Assembly: GCA_038087875.1 (NCBI GenBank)
Contig: CM075999.1
Span: 186,001-250,000 of the forward strand
Source: Malacoraja senta
Taxonomy: Eukaryota
Length of the DNA: 64,000 nt
Reading direction: 5' to 3'
Shown here: positions 11,437 to 25,177 of the stretch, piece after piece
Layout: every line of letters begins with the position of its first letter
Position numbering within the stretch: the first letter of the stretch is position 1
Notes under the pieces: generated by a model
Databases searched by the model: none
The model's input: only the letters and a program-made list of their open reading frames with translations
Told to the model about the DNA's origin: nothing
Translations under genes and position numbers: made by a program

Positions 11437-13132
11437 TTTGCCATATAATATTAATAGTTACTTTATTTAATCCTTGCAATTAATCTTGTTCCAGAAGCAA
11501 TTAATTTAATTCACAAAAACTACAGCGGAAATTCCCTGCAAAGCTGCGATCAAAATCATTTATCCAAACATGTGAGATTTTCTTAATATGACAGAAAACA
11601 GTTAGAAAATATCTATTGAAGAACCATACGGATATTTAAATTGAAGAATAAAACAGAATAATTCATCCAATTTCACATCTGTATAATTAATTAATAACAT
11701 TGATTATTAGTGAGTTGGGTAATAAGATATTCAGTAAAATTTAATCCAAATCAAAATTTTTGATAAATCCAATCTAAACCAATAATAGCAGTTAATTAAG
11801 AGGCGTTGGTGCAACACTATAACATTTACATGTAAAATAACTTTTATGAGCCTTTTGCAAAACTGCAGAATGATTTAAAAAATCATCCTGTCTGATATGA
11901 ATAGCAATGTGCATCATTGGTATGTGGATGCAGTTTCTAATTCAGGTTAACAGACAATTTCGATGCTTCACCATATTCTCAAATATCCCACTTTCAGGCA
12001 GATTACCGAATCCCGGCTTTGCTGCAGTTCATTGTGCGGAATGCCTCGTGGGCTGCTGATTTTGTTGACATATTCTGGAGCTGATGGGAATTTAAAATTC
12101 GGTAACATCTCCTTTTATGCGGGAGATTTAATGTGCAGCATCAAAAACACAGAGTGGTGGGGGGAAAAATATTTCCGTTTAACTGTTCGCATCTGGAAGA
12201 ATACAGTGAGAAACAGGAATAGCTGCAATCATCAACATATTCAAAGTCAGTAGAAACGATGAAGCAGTATTTATCAATGCAACACAGCACTTACCGAGGT
12301 TTGTGTTCATCCCTGCAGTCCATGCCATAATCGTGGGTAGCATTAGTAGCAGCTGCAGCTTTCGTCTAAGCTGCTGGCCATAAGCGGACTGTGAATGACT
12401 TGCAGTGAAACACTGAACAAAATAAAATCTGAATGGAATGACTGTAAGGTACTTTTCATGGGTTTTTTTCCTCCTGCTGTCCAGCCAGCCCACACAGCCT
12501 GGTGCTATTTTAGGAATGCAGATATGTTTTGCTCATTCCTCTATCCTTTGGGGACATCTCGGGGAAGAACTGGTGTCCCAGAATCAACCTTCACTTCATC
12601 CGATCTGCTTCCAGCCAAAACTTCAATGTTCTGACGAGCTTACATCTGTCAGAGGTGTTCGGAGAACCACCTGTCTGTCACTCACTGCAGCCAGATGTCC
12701 TTGCCCTGGCTGTGAACGCCACCGTAGAAATAGTCATTCTATCTATGAATTAATATCCACGAGTCTTCAGAGGTGCCTTTAATGGTTTGGCGCCATAATT
12801 TGTAGGTAATCTTCGCAGGCAGCAAAGAAAATAACAAAGGCAGCTCTGGTTTCCCATGTGTCACACACGCTGTCTGTCGGTGCTGGTTTGGATGGTAACC
12901 TTGCTCTGCTAACACAATTCTTGGTCCGTTGCCAAAGTTATTTCACGGAGAGCAAATGAGCAGCGAGCGATGCGAACAGACACAGAACTGCAGGTAATTT
13001 GAACAAAGACCTCACATTCAGCTTGCTGCCGCTGCTGCTTTATTTCCAAGTGTTTCCTTGTCTCCCGAGATGTCGGTTTAATTCATTGCCTGGCGAAAGG
13101 TTGGGAGAAAAAAATATTTCAATAAATCATCA

Positions 13133-14191
13133 TTAGACACGGGTGAGGTGCCAGAAGACTGGAGGGTGGTGAAGTTGTGCCTCTATTTAAGAAGGCTGCA
13201 AGGAAAAGCCTGGGAACTATACACTTGTGAACATAACATCTGTGATAGGCAAGTTACTGGAGAGGATTCTGACGGATAAGATATATATGAATTTGGATAG
13301 ACAGGGGTTGATTAGGGATCGTCACCACGGTTTCCAATTGAGCTTTTTGAAGAAGTAACCAAAATTGATGATGAGGACGAAGCCATAGATATTGTCTATA
13401 TGGACTTCAGCAAGACATTGAAATGGTCTGCATGGTAGTCTGCTCTGGTTAGATCGCATGGGATCCAGGGAGAGCCAGCCGATTGGATAGAGAATTGATT
13501 TAGTTTAGGTTAGTTTAGAGATACAGCACCAAAACAGGCCCTTCGGCCCATCGGGTCCACGTCGACCAGTGATCCCTGCATATGAACGCTATCCTACACA
13601 CACTAGGGACAATTTTATTTTACAGTTACCAAGCCAATCTACCTACATATCTGTACATCTTTGGAGTGTGGGAGGAAACCCACGCAAGTCACGGGGAGAA
13701 CGTACAAACTCCGTACAGACAGCACCAGTAATCGGGATTGAACCCGAGTCTCCGACGCTACAAGCACTGGCAGTAACTCTACCGCGGTGCCACCGTGCTG
13801 GCCCCGGAAGGAAGGAGAGGGTGATTGTGGAAAGTTATTTTTCAGATTGGAGTACACCTCAGGGATTGGTGCTGGGCCCATTGAGGTTGCTGCTTATATC
13901 AACCATTTGGATGAGAATCAAGAAGGCATGATCAGTAAGTTTGCAGATGGCACTAAAGTGGGTGGTGTCATAGATTGCAAAGATGGTTATCAGAAATCAT
14001 ACAATATCTTGATCAGGTGGCCAAGTTGACTGAGGAAAGGTTAATGGAGTTTAATACAGATAAGTGTAAAGGGTGGCATTTTGGGAAGTGAAACTAGGGG
14101 AGGACCTTCACAGTGAATGTCAGGGTGTTGGGGGGTGTTGTAGAGCAGAGGGATCTAAGAGTGCAGGTACATTGTTCCTTGAAAGTGGCAT
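13133..14191 (+). mobile_element. Degenerate CR1 RT fragment interrupted by a SINE, truncated by the gap
   Basis: GEVPEDWRV, VYMDFSK and ISKFADGTKVGG motifs. Confidence 0.85.
13498..13802 (-). mobile_element. tRNA-derived SINE (HE1/V-SINE-like)
   Basis: Minus-strand head CACGGTGGCACCGCGGTAGAG..CGGGTTCAATCCC (A/B-box-like) and (CTAAA)n tail. Confidence 0.85.
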
Positions 14192-14391
14192 NNNNNNNNN
14201 NNNNNNNNNNNNNNNNNNNNNNNNNNNNNNNNNNNNNNNNNNNNNNNNNNNNNNNNNNNNNNNNNNNNNNNNNNNNNNNNNNNNNNNNNNNNNNNNNNNN
14301 NNNNNNNNNNNNNNNNNNNNNNNNNNNNNNNNNNNNNNNNNNNNNNNNNNNNNNNNNNNNNNNNNNNNNNNNNNNNNNNNNNNNNNNNNNN
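14192..14391. other. Assembly gap (200 N)
   Basis: Run of exactly 200 N. Confidence 1.
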
Positions 14392-14761
14392 CTGACCTGC
14401 TGAGTTCTTCCAGCACTTTGGGAATATGGGGAAAATAAAATGGGATCAGTGTATAATTAATGTAAATGAGGGCATGGATTTCATGGTCCGTAGGGCCTGC
14501 TTCCATGCTGTATGACCCCATGACTCATTAACCTTTCCCTCCTCAGTCATTCCTTTTTCTCCCTGCTCCCGTCAGGCACAAGATACAGAAGGATGAAAGC
14601 ACGGACCGTCAGACTTGGGAATGGCTTCTTCCCCTCTAATATCAGGCTTCTGAACAGTCCTTCCATAAGCCAGGATACGGTCCGATTCACCTCTACTCCT
14701 TTGTGGACATTGGACTTTGTCTCTGGAACTGAACTCTGGAGCAATGCTGAGAACTATATTC

Positions 14762-15820
14762 ACTTGCACCTCCTACAAACGTATCTACTGTAACCGTTGT
14801 TCAAGATGTGGACTCTTGTACATCGGCGAGACCAAACGTACACTGGGCGATCGTTTCGCTGAACACCTTCGCTCAGTCCGCCTGGACCTATCTGATCTCC
14901 TGGTCGCTCAACTCTTTAATTCTCCTTCCCATTCCTACACTGACCTTTCTGTCCTAGGCCTCCTCCATTGTCAGCGTGAGGCTAAATGCAAATTGGAGGA
15001 ACAACATCTCATATTTCGCTTGGGAAGTTTGCAACCCAGGGGTATGAATATTGATTTCTCTAACTTGAATCAACCACTGCATTCCCTCGCGGAGATGGAG
15101 AGCATCCCTCCCAAAACAACACAATTTATTTGTCATTTGGACCCCGTTGTGGTCCAAACGAAATGTCGTTTCTGCAGCCATACATTACAAAACGAAGAAG
15201 ACCCGAGACACAACACAATTTACACATACATCCATCACAGCGCTGTGATGGAAGGCAAAAAAAACGTATCTCTCCACTGCACTCCCCCCCCCCCCCCCCC
15301 CCGATGTCAGAGTCAAAGTCAAAGCCCCCGGCGGGCGATGGTGATTGTCCCGCAGCCATTAAAGCCACGCCGGGTAATGCAAGGTCGCGCACCGGGTCTT
15401 GGTGTTAGAGCCCCGGCGTGCGCTTGCAAAGTCCCGCGGCCATTCCAAGCCGTGCGGGGCAATGATGTAAAGCCCCGCTCCAGGTGCTCTTCAACCCCGA
15501 AACTCGGGCGGGAGAAGTCGCCGCTGCGGAAGCCCCGAAAAGCGGTCTCCCACCAGGGACCCGCGGGCCTCCGGTGTCGCCCCACTCAAGTCTTCCGTTC
15601 TCACCTAGCTGCAGCCACCAATGACCTGTTTCCTTTATCATTGTTATTTGTTTGCATATCTTTCATTCATTTGTTCCGTGTTTCTCTACATCATCGTCTA
15701 TATCTCTCATTTTCCTTTCCTGTGACTTTCAGTCCGAAGAAGAGTCTTGACCCGAAACATCACCCAATCTTTCTCTCCAGAGATGCTGCCTGTCCCACTG
15801 ATTTACTCCAGCATTTTGTG
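14762..15820 (+). mobile_element. Penelope-like element: GIY-YIG endonuclease remnant plus pLTR, 9-bp TSD
   Basis: IYCNRCSRCGLLYIGETKRTLGDRFAEH...LGSLQPRGMNIDFSN. Direct repeat ACTATATTC at 14753-14761 and 15821-15829. Confidence 0.85.
15105..15580 (-). mobile_element. GC-rich retroposon nested in the Penelope element
   Basis: Minus-strand tail ..TGACAAATAAA, shared hairpin at 15229-15256, CpG-rich body. Confidence 0.55.
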
Positions 15821-17121
15821 ACTATATTCTGTACTCTGTAACTTCCTCTTCACTTTATCTATTGCACTTAGTTCAGCTTGATTGTATTTATATAGAGTAT
15901 TACCTGATCTGCTTGGATCGCATGCAAAATAAACCCTTTTTACTGTCCCTCAGTACCCGTGGCAATAATAAACCTAAGCCAAAATTGTGCTTTTAGTATA
16001 AACGTTAAAGATTTTGCACCAAACTTAGATATCCTTCCTACCATCAAAGGAAATAATATCTGGCTGGTAGGTTCTGTGGTGTTTATGGGATGGAGTCATA
16101 AAACTTGGCTGTTTTGTTTACTGCGTTTCAGCAAGTGATTCATTGTGTGTGATGTACATAAAACATGTTGACACAATAAAACACTCCAGCTGTAAATCTG
16201 TGGGCTTGAGTTGGTGACACCCTGCTTTGTGTACCGGTCCCATCTTTCAGTGAACAGGGTCCATACTTCTCTGCTTCCTGACCATTAAAGTTCAGTACGC
16301 TGGACTCGTGAAATTGAGACACGAGAAACTACAGCAGCATGAATCTACGGCAAAGTGCTGGAGTAACTCAACGGGTGGGGCAGCATCTGTAAGGAAATGG
16401 ACAGCCGACATTTTGGGTCTTCAGACTGATTGTAGGAGGGGGAGGGGGGGGAGAGTTGCAAAATAGGTGGGGGAAGGGCAAAGCTCGGCAAGTGATAGGT
16501 GGATACATGTGAGGAGGCAATTGGATGGACTGAGTGAGCAGGGCTGCCAACTCTCATGCTCTCAGCGTGAGAATCACGCCTTGGAGCAAATTCTCACGCC
16601 CTCACGCTCATGACCGAGTTCTCATGCTGAGTTCAGTCCCTGCACAGTTTGTCCCTTTGCGCCGCGTGCCAGGGATCTGCACGGTCTGGCGAAGCGCGTC
16701 GGTTTCCGGCTGTGAGTGACGTCGCGTCTCTTCTCTCTTGGTTGGATGTGCAGCCGCCGGGTGTCAGCAGCTCTATGTGCCGGCTGTGAGCGCTGCGCTG
16801 CCGGCCGCCGCTGCAGCCTCGCTCCCTCCCTCCCTCCCTCCTGCCCTTCAACTCACACGGCAGCGCCAGCGCCGCCAATCCACGCTGCACTGTGCCCGCC
16901 AGACTCCCCATTGGGCGGCCGGGGAGAGAGAGGGAGGGGGGAAAGAGAGAGAGAGGGAAAGAAAAAAAGGGAGGGGTGGAGGCAAAGCGAGACAAGGGGA
17001 GGGAATGTAGAAAGGGGATGAAGGAAGGAAAGGAGAAAGTGGAGTAAGAGGGAGGGGGAGGAAAGAGGGAAGGATGGGGGCAGGAGTGAGGAAGGGGTGG
17101 ATGGAGAGAGGGGGAAGAAAA

Positions 17122-17566
<445 letters not shown>

Positions 17567-18642
17567 GTCTGGGGAAGCGCGTCAGTTGGCGGCTGTGAGT
17601 GACGTTGCATCTCTTCTCTTCTTTCTTGGTTGGATGTGCAGCCGCCGACAACATGAAGCAGCCGGAGATAGAACTAACCAGGTGAATTGGTTGTAAAACA
17701 TGGGGGGGACCACAATGAGGCCAAACATCTAGGACAGGGTTCGGCAACCTACAGCACACGGGCCGAATCCGGCCCGTAACCCGAAAAAACACTTTTTTTT
17801 TTCAATTTGTTTTCACGGGGTCGGGGCAGGCAAGCCGACCTGAGAACTGCAGCCAGTCCCTGGGACGCGAGCTGATCTGGGAACGGCAGCCAGTCCCTGG
17901 GCACGCAGGATGCCAACTTGATCATTATGGATAAATTGGGCCAGCCATGTACATGTTGTATAACTCTGACTATGCAGATCTGAATGGGCTTAGAATGACC
18001 ATTTAAGCAAAATTGCCCTCACTTTCCCCATTTTGATTCTTGAGATTAATATCCCTTTGCTCTGTTAACAGTACTTATGAGGTAGAGTCAGGAAAGGGAA
18101 CATGTTATTTTCTTTTAGTTTGCTTTAATTTGTTAGTTGATTTTTTGTTGACTGCCATAATTTCTGAAATGGTCTTAATGTAACTTAACTGTTATAAAGC
18201 AGTAATAAGTGATTTTTGTCCAAACAATTGGAACTTGCATAAAATGTTTGCATTATTAGCAGGGCTGCCAACTCTCACGCATTGAGCGTGAGACTCACGC
18301 CTTTCACAAAACTCTCATGCTCTCACGCTGATCACAAAATTATATAATGAGAATAGGACCTGTTTTGCTTAACAAATAGTGTAGGAAGGAATTGCAGATG
18401 CTGGTTTAAACTGAAGAAGACACTAAAAACTAGAAAAACTCAGCAGGACAGGCAGCATCTCTGGAGAGAAAGAATGGGTGATGTTTCAAGTCGAGACCTT
18501 CAGCCTGAAGAGGTTGAAAACCAGCCATAAAACACAATGACTGGACATGTGTGTTATCCAACTAAGGGCAGAAATCACAATCATGTGTTCATCTTTATTC
18601 ACGTGACATCATAATAAATATATTACAGAAACAATAATTTAA

Positions 18643-18850
18643 TGGGGTGGCACGGTGGCGCAGTGGTAGAGTTGCTGCCTCTATGGGTTTTCTCTGGATA
18701 TTCCGGTTTCTCCCATATCCGAAAGAAGTGCAGGTTTGTAGGTTAATTGGCTTCTGTAAATTGTCCATGGCGTGATGGATGGAATTGGTGTATGATAGAT
18801 TGCTGGTCGGTGTGGACTTTGTGGGCGGAAGGGCCTGTTTTCATATATAT
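18643..18850 (+). mobile_element. HE1/V-SINE-like SINE, internally deleted
   Basis: Head GGCACGGTGGCGCAGTGGTAGAGTTGCTGCC and tail GAAGGGCCTGTTT. Confidence 0.75.
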
Positions 18851-18947
18851 TTTTACATATATATCTTAATTTCATTGAACCATATATGATTGAATATGTG
18901 GCATTATTTTCATCTTGTTTCTATATTCAAAGGGTAAGGTTGAAACC

Positions 18948-18980
18948 GTCTGAAGAAGGGTTTCGGCCCGAAACGTTGTC
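18948..18980 (+). ncRNA. Minimal hammerhead ribozyme-like motif in a Penelope pLTR fragment (18945-19075)
   Basis: CTGAAGA-A-GGGT(TTCG)GCCC-GAAAC-GTT. Confidence 0.6.
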
Positions 18981-20718
18981 TATTTCCTTCGCTCCATAGA
19001 TGCTGCCGCACCCGCTGAGTTTCTCCAGCAATTTTGTCTACCTTCGATTCTCCAGCATCTGTAGTTCCTTCTTGAACAAGGTTGATTGATTTATTTGTGC
19101 AGAACAGTGATGGAAGTCTGACGTTTGCTTTGTTTCTCTGAGTTTTTCTCTCTCTATATATATATACATAACAGCATGAATATAATCTGATTTCCATATA
19201 TGAATACAGTCATTCATGTGCTGCACCTGTTGATCAGAGCGTGGCTCTATTGTGGAATGTAATTAGGAATGTAATTTAGCCTAACCTTATTCATACCTAA
19301 TCCAATTTAAAGCATAAATGTTGCTTTCAAATGCAAGTTAAAAGACTCGCTACAGTACGCACCAGATTGCACAATTTCAAGCTGAAAAATGCAAAAGCTC
19401 CCTACCGTGGAAGAGGGAACACCCCCCTTCCACACCCTCCCCCCCCCCCCCCGGTCGCTATGCTCCCTCGTAATTTCTCACTCTCAACTCTCACCCAATG
19501 TTGGCAGCCCTGTGAGTGAGTGACAATGGCTAGAGGTGAAAAGGAGGCAAAAGGGTGCTGCCATGGGTGGTGGTGGAGGTAGATATGATAATGGCATTTA
19601 AGAGGCTTTTAGGTGGGAACATGGATATGCAAGGAACGGAGGGATATAGATTACTTGCAGGTGATAGAAAGTGCTGATCTGTGATGTTAGACTTCTTCTC
19701 TGTCCATATTTCCCGTCTCCCTGAGTAATTTCAACATTTCCTACTTTTATTTTAGGAGATTAATTTATCTTGGCACCATTGTGGGCACGTTGTAGGCCGA
19801 AGGGCCTGTTCCTGTCCTGTTCTATGTTTGCATAAGGAACCGCAGATGCTGATTTATGAGAGGGAAAAAATACAAAGTGCTGGAGTAACTCAGCAGGTCA
19901 GGCAGCATCTCTAGAGTACATGGATAGTTCCATATTTGACATTTTGCTTAAAATTATTTATTTTCCCTCTTTTAAAAAAAAATAATAGTTTATCTCAGCA
20001 TCATGTTTGGCATGGCCATTGTGGGTCGAAGGGCCTGTTCCTGTGCTGCACTGTTATATGTTCTATGTTCTCGTTCTGTGCATTTTAGCCTGCAGGTCAA
20101 TCCCAGCCCTCTATATTTTGAAGACCAGTGAGGCTAACAGATTGGTGCTGCCTTTAACATGTTAGCACAGTGGTCTCTGATCCTACACATGAGGATCACA
20201 GGCGCCTATTGATCACAAATCTACTTCCATTTTAGTAGTTAAATTGATTCACTCACACATATCAAAGCACACGGACTTAAAGGAAGAGACAAGCTACAAA
20301 AATATCAATCAGGATCACAAACGGCTTCCTCCCATAAGGCGTAATAGTAAACTGATTGCCAATGTGACAAGGCAATTTCCCCTAGCTTTTCCCAATAACC
20401 CCCTACGTTTTATGTGAGGAAGGTAAACTTTCAGCACTTGTTATTGATGTTAAAAACAAACTTAGAAACTTTCTATCAAAACCGCATAAAGTGCTGCAAT
20501 CGATTGCAGAACAACAATTAATTAAAAACATGTTTTTCAATTAAAACTAATTTAAAAAATAATTCAATTTTTGTAATGAGACCTGGAAAAATATATTGTT
20601 ATTTTTTCAAGTTGGTTTAGCTTGATATTCACCGGATTAGTGAAGAAAAGGGTAACAAGAACATTATTTTACTTTATCAAGAGATGGTTATCGATTACAA
20701 AGAGTAAACATACCATTG

Positions 20719-21273
20719 ATAGAAACATAGAAACATAGAAATTAGGTGCAGGAGTAGGCCATTCGGCCCTTCGAGCCTGCACCGCCATTCAATATGATCA
20801 TGGCTGATCATCCAACTCAGTATCCCGTACCTGCCTTCTCTCCATACCCTCTGATCCCTTTAGCCACAAGGGCCACATCTAACTCCCTCTTAAATATAGC
20901 CAATGAACTGGCCTCGACTACCCTCTGTGGCAGAGAGTTCCAGAGATTCACCACTCTCTGTGTGAAAAAAGTTCTTCTCATCTCGGTTTTAAAGGATTTC
21001 CCCCTTATCCTTAAGCTGTGACCCCTTGTCCTGGACTTCCCCAACATCGGGAGCAATCTTCCTGCATCTAGCCTGTCCAACCCCTTAAGAATTTTGTACG
21101 TTTCTATAAGATCCCCTCTCAATCTCCTAAATTCTAGAGAGTATAAACCAAGTCTATCCAGTCTTTTTTCATAAGACAGTCCTGACATCCCAGGAATCAG
21201 TCTGGTGAACCTTCTCTGCACTCCCTCTATGGCAATAATGTCCTTCCTCAGATTTGGAGACCAAAACTGTACG
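20719..21273 (-). mobile_element. CR1 LINE 3' end, young subfamily
   Basis: ORF 20817..21290 (QFWSPNLRKDIIAIEGVQRRFTRLIPG...). Flanked by the direct repeat TTGATAGA. Confidence 0.95.
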
Positions 21274-21495
21274 TTGATAGATATGAACACTTATTGAAAA
21301 TAAAGCACGTAAATAGGTGGTCAGAATTTTCATACAGAGACATCGTAATGAGAAAGAACCTACTAGATTTGTGTGCAATGGGGTGCCCAGAATTGCATGC
21401 AGCACTCCAAATGTGGCCTAAACAAATTCCTATAAAATGCAATATTAATATATGCAATTAAAATAAGGTCCCAGCCGGCCCAACCTCCCCCTATA

Positions 21496-21821
21496 TTTTA
21501 GTGTTTAGTTTAGTTTAGAGATACAGCACAGAAACAGACCCTTCGGCCCACCGAGTCCGAACCGACCAGCGATCCCTGCACATTAACACTATCCTACACT
21601 AGGGACAATTTTTACATTTATACCAAGCCAATTAACCTACAAACCTGCATGTCCTTGGAGTGTGGGAGGAAACCCAAGTTCTCGGAGAAAACTCACACAG
21701 GTCACGGGGAGAAAGTACAAATTCCGTACAGACAAACACCCATGGCCAAGATCGAACCCGGGTCTCTGGCACTGTAAGCGCTGTAAGGCATCAACTCTAC
21801 CGCTGCGCCACTGTGATGCCC
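21496..21821 (-). mobile_element. HE1/V-SINE-like SINE, full length
   Basis: tRNA-like head (CAGTGGCGCAGCGGTAGAG..CCGGGTTCGATC) and (CTAAA)n tail. Confidence 0.85.
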
Positions 21822-23464
21822 TAAACTCAGGCACACAAGTCCTGGCATCAACCTCGAAAGATAAGTTTTTGGAAGTGGCATCAAAACATGTGTAGCAAGA
21901 GGGTGGGTGACTGTGCAATAAAGGTTTGAATGGTTTTGAACAGCACCAAACATGTCTTCAAATAGCGTCACCCACAGATGAGCTCAATTTATTATGATCA
22001 GTGTGTTCCATGCCCCTTTAAACCTCAGCACGTTTGAACATGAGGTTTTGTTTCATCTACTTATCAGGGTGTGGGTGTCAGTAACTCTATCTAATCCCAG
22101 TCAAACATCACATTCATGCCTTTAGGTTACCACCTCCAAGATTTCTTTACAAATATTGGACCAAATATTCATTTATTATTCATCAGTAATTTGAGAGAAC
22201 ATCTCCAAGTGCAGCAATTGGCCAGATGTCAGGTCCGATTTGTTTTAAATTATTCTAATTGGGTTATTATATAGACAGGTGTTACATGGAGTTAGGGTTG
22301 CGGGGAAATTAATATCTCCAAGGATGACGGGAGTTAGGAAGTAGGGTAAGGGCCGTGAACAGTCTTGGTGTGCTGCTGAGCCAAAGTGAATGAAGATAAT
22401 AACATTTAAAAGACATTTGGACAGTTACATGGATAGGAATGGTTTAGAGGGATCTGGGCCAAATGTGGGCAGGTGGGACTAGTATAGAAGAGACAACTTG
22501 GCCAGCATGTGCAAATTGGGCTGAAGGACCCGTTTCCATGTTGTATGACCCTATGGCCTATCATTCCTTTCCCTCTCTGCCTCTCCATCTGAAATGGGGC
22601 TTGTTCCCATGCAGTATGGCTCAATGATTCTATAACTAAGACTTTAGCAGGAGTGCAAGAGGAGAAGGGATAATTTTGCAGCGATGTACAAGATCATGAG
22701 CAGAATTGATAGACTAGATGCACTGACTTTGCTATGAACAATGGACTATCTTTGGTTGTACTAAGGGTTTTGTACATTTTGCATTAGTATGTTATTGATT
22801 TTTGAGTCTTCATGATTTTAACGCCTCGCTTGAGTCTTCTATCTTTGGAAATTGTGTTCTAATTCACAGATGTGAATCCCACACTCTAAAGATGTACAGG
22901 TTTGTAAGTTAATTGGCTTGGTACAATTGTAAATTGTCCCTAGTGTTTATAGGGTATTGTTAATGTGCGTGGATTACTGGTCGGTGCGGACTCAGTGGGC
23001 CGAAGGCCTGTTTCCGTGCTGTATCTCTAAACTAAACTAAACTAAACTTGCTGTAGCTTTGACTTGTATTTAAATTGGAAATTGCATGTTTGTAGGTTAA
23101 TTGGCCTCTGGAAAATTGCCGCTAGTGAGTAGAGAGTCGATGAGAAAGTAGGATAACGTAGAACTAGTAGGAATGGGTGATTGATTTGTCAGTGTGGACT
23201 TGGTGGGCCGAAGGGCCTATTTTCATGCTGTATCTCCAAAATAAAGCAGTTAAAATTTTCATTTTATAAACACAGCTCAGAAAGACACACGATTCCCACT
23301 TGTGTTTCTTTTTTTTTGTCCCTTTAAGAAACGTGAGATTATTCCAATCATGGATTAATTTGCATGCAGGCTTGGTATCAAGATCGCTCCCAGGAGGAGG
23401 CAGACATCCAACAGGTCTGACCACAGCTGACTACAACATGGCAAAATGTCTCAGCTGAACATAT

Positions 23465-23675
23465 CACAAAGTGCTGGAGGAACTCAACGGGTCAGGTAGC
23501 ATCTGTGCAGGGAATGAACAGATGACGTTTCGGTCAGACCCTTCTTCTGACTGAGTCATGCATCATGACCCACAAGGTCACCTCTTCCATTCCCTCCAGA
23601 TGCTGTCTGACCTACTGTGTTACACCAGCACTTTGTGTTTTGCTCAAGATTCCAGCATCTGTAGTTCCTTCTGTC
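23465..23675. mobile_element. Palindromic Penelope-like pLTR pair, degenerate
   Basis: CACAAAGTGCTGG ... CCAGCACTTTGTG inverted arms with a decayed hammerhead-like core. Confidence 0.6.
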
Positions 23676-23929
23676 TCTCAGCTGCTCCTATTGAGTTTTT
23701 GACAAGATTAGCATGTTTTGTTTCTTGACGAGGTTTTTACATCTCCCCAGTTCCACGTCACTGCTGCCCTTTCTTTACTCTGGTGTGAATTATCTGCCTG
23801 ACATTTAATTTGGGTAAATCACTTCCTCACCGATTCAAAAATTTGTTTCCCATCTGCTTTACATGTCAATCTCTTTAGACTTGCCCTTGGGTTTTCCATT
23901 CTGATCAGTAGCCATCAGTTAATGGAAGC

Positions 23930-24260
23930 TGGTAGCATGGTGGTTGTTACTGGATTGACAGCTAGAATCCTGAACCATCTCTCCAAGGAGATGAGTTCGA
24001 ATACCACCATGGCAGCTGTGGTTTTCAAACTTAATTAAATCCTTTTGAGGTTAAAATGTTAACTCATTAACAATAACCATGAAACTATTGTGTTGTAAAA
24101 ATACATCGAATTCACAGAGGGAGAGAAATCTGCCATCTTCACTTGGCCTATACGTGACTCCAGACTCAGCACTGTGGTTGACTCAAAATTGCCTCTTCAT
24201 GCGAAGGCAGTAGCGAACCAGCGCTGGTGGTACCCGCACCCAGTGAAAGAATAAAAAAAA
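23930..24260 (+). mobile_element. Old tRNA-derived SINE of a second family
   Basis: B-box-like GAGTTCGAATACC, body motifs GAAATCTGCCATC..GTGACTCCAGAC..GTGGTTGACTC and an A-rich end. Confidence 0.5.
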
Positions 24261-24352
24261 CACAACATCTATCCAGAATGCTTCTGAAGCCTGGGGTCAG
24301 AAGCCTTCCCTAAGACCTATTGGAGTTACAGAGTCATAGACCAGCAGAGTTA

Positions 24353-24587
24353 GGGCAGCAAAGTGGCGCAGTGGGTAGAGCTGCTGCCTCACAGTGCCAG
24401 AGACCTGTGTTCAACCCTGACGTTGGGTGCTGATTGTGTGGAGTTTGCACGTTCTCCCTGTGACCACGCAAGTTTCATAGTATTAGTGCGAGCGGGTGAT
24501 CAATGGTCGGCGTGGACCCGGTGGGCCGAAGGGCCTGTTTCCATGCTGTATCTCGAAAACTAAAACTAAACTAGAATAAACTAAACT
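24353..24587 (+). mobile_element. HE1/V-SINE-like SINE, internally deleted
   Basis: GTGGCGCAGTGGGTAGAGCTGCTGCC head and (CTAAA)n tail. Confidence 0.8.
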
Positions 24588-25177
24588 TTATGGAAATGGT
24601 CAAGTTAATGACCTAGTAGAGATTGATTCGGTAGAATACAAAGTGTGAAGTTAATGGGTTTATGATAGAGAGGAAGGCATTAATGAAATCCCACAAGATC
24701 TGTGGTGAGGCCTCAATTATTCCCAGTCTTATCCTTAATGTACAATGCAACATAAAGACCTATTCAAATGTGTTAAGAATGCCGACATCCGACTTGATGG
24801 GAGCATAAAATGGCTGTGAAGAATTGACAATGCAGATGGGGAATAGCTCTTTATAAACGTACACAAAGGCTATAAAAAACATATTGAATACATATAAATG
24901 CATTTGATGGGAAAATCATCTTCTCCTTGCAAAATAAGTGTCTATGTGGGTGGAATATCTATGGGTACCTTTACAAAGGGTCCAGGAATGAATGGTTCTG
25001 AGGTTCATTTCTGAAGGAATTGAATTGAAAAGCAAGGTCGTGTTTCTGATAGATACAGGATCTATATGACTCATTTGGCCTTAAATGGAGAAGTACCAAG
25101 TGCATTTTAACAGAGTGAATGGTTGAAAGGAGCTAGTAATATAGTCAATGTGTTATAGTCAGTGCAATTGGTAAATT

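Larger units (their letters stand above)
1..14191 (+). repeat. Large duplicated block, copy A (near-identical to 42705-56875)
   Basis: Colinear sequence and paired ORFs, with an offset of 42704 at the start (ORF 30..257 vs 42734..42961) and 42684 at the end. Copy A stops at the N gap. Confidence 0.98.
14545..15982 (+). mobile_element. Rex1/Babar-like LINE 3' end, split by a Penelope insertion
   Basis: FSLLPSGTRYRRMKARTVRLGNGFFPSNIRLLN, then a 3' UTR that resumes at 15821. An uninterrupted antisense relative lies at 60903-61460. Confidence 0.75.

Noticed and set aside
14717..15841. 374-aa ORF as a novel GIY-YIG fusion gene
   Set aside because: It runs across three nested repeats and a poly-C run. 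Only about 100 aa are endonuclease-like.
21745..21821. tRNA gene
   Set aside because: A/B-box-like sequence is the head of a SINE, continues into the SINE body, and no cloverleaf is evident.
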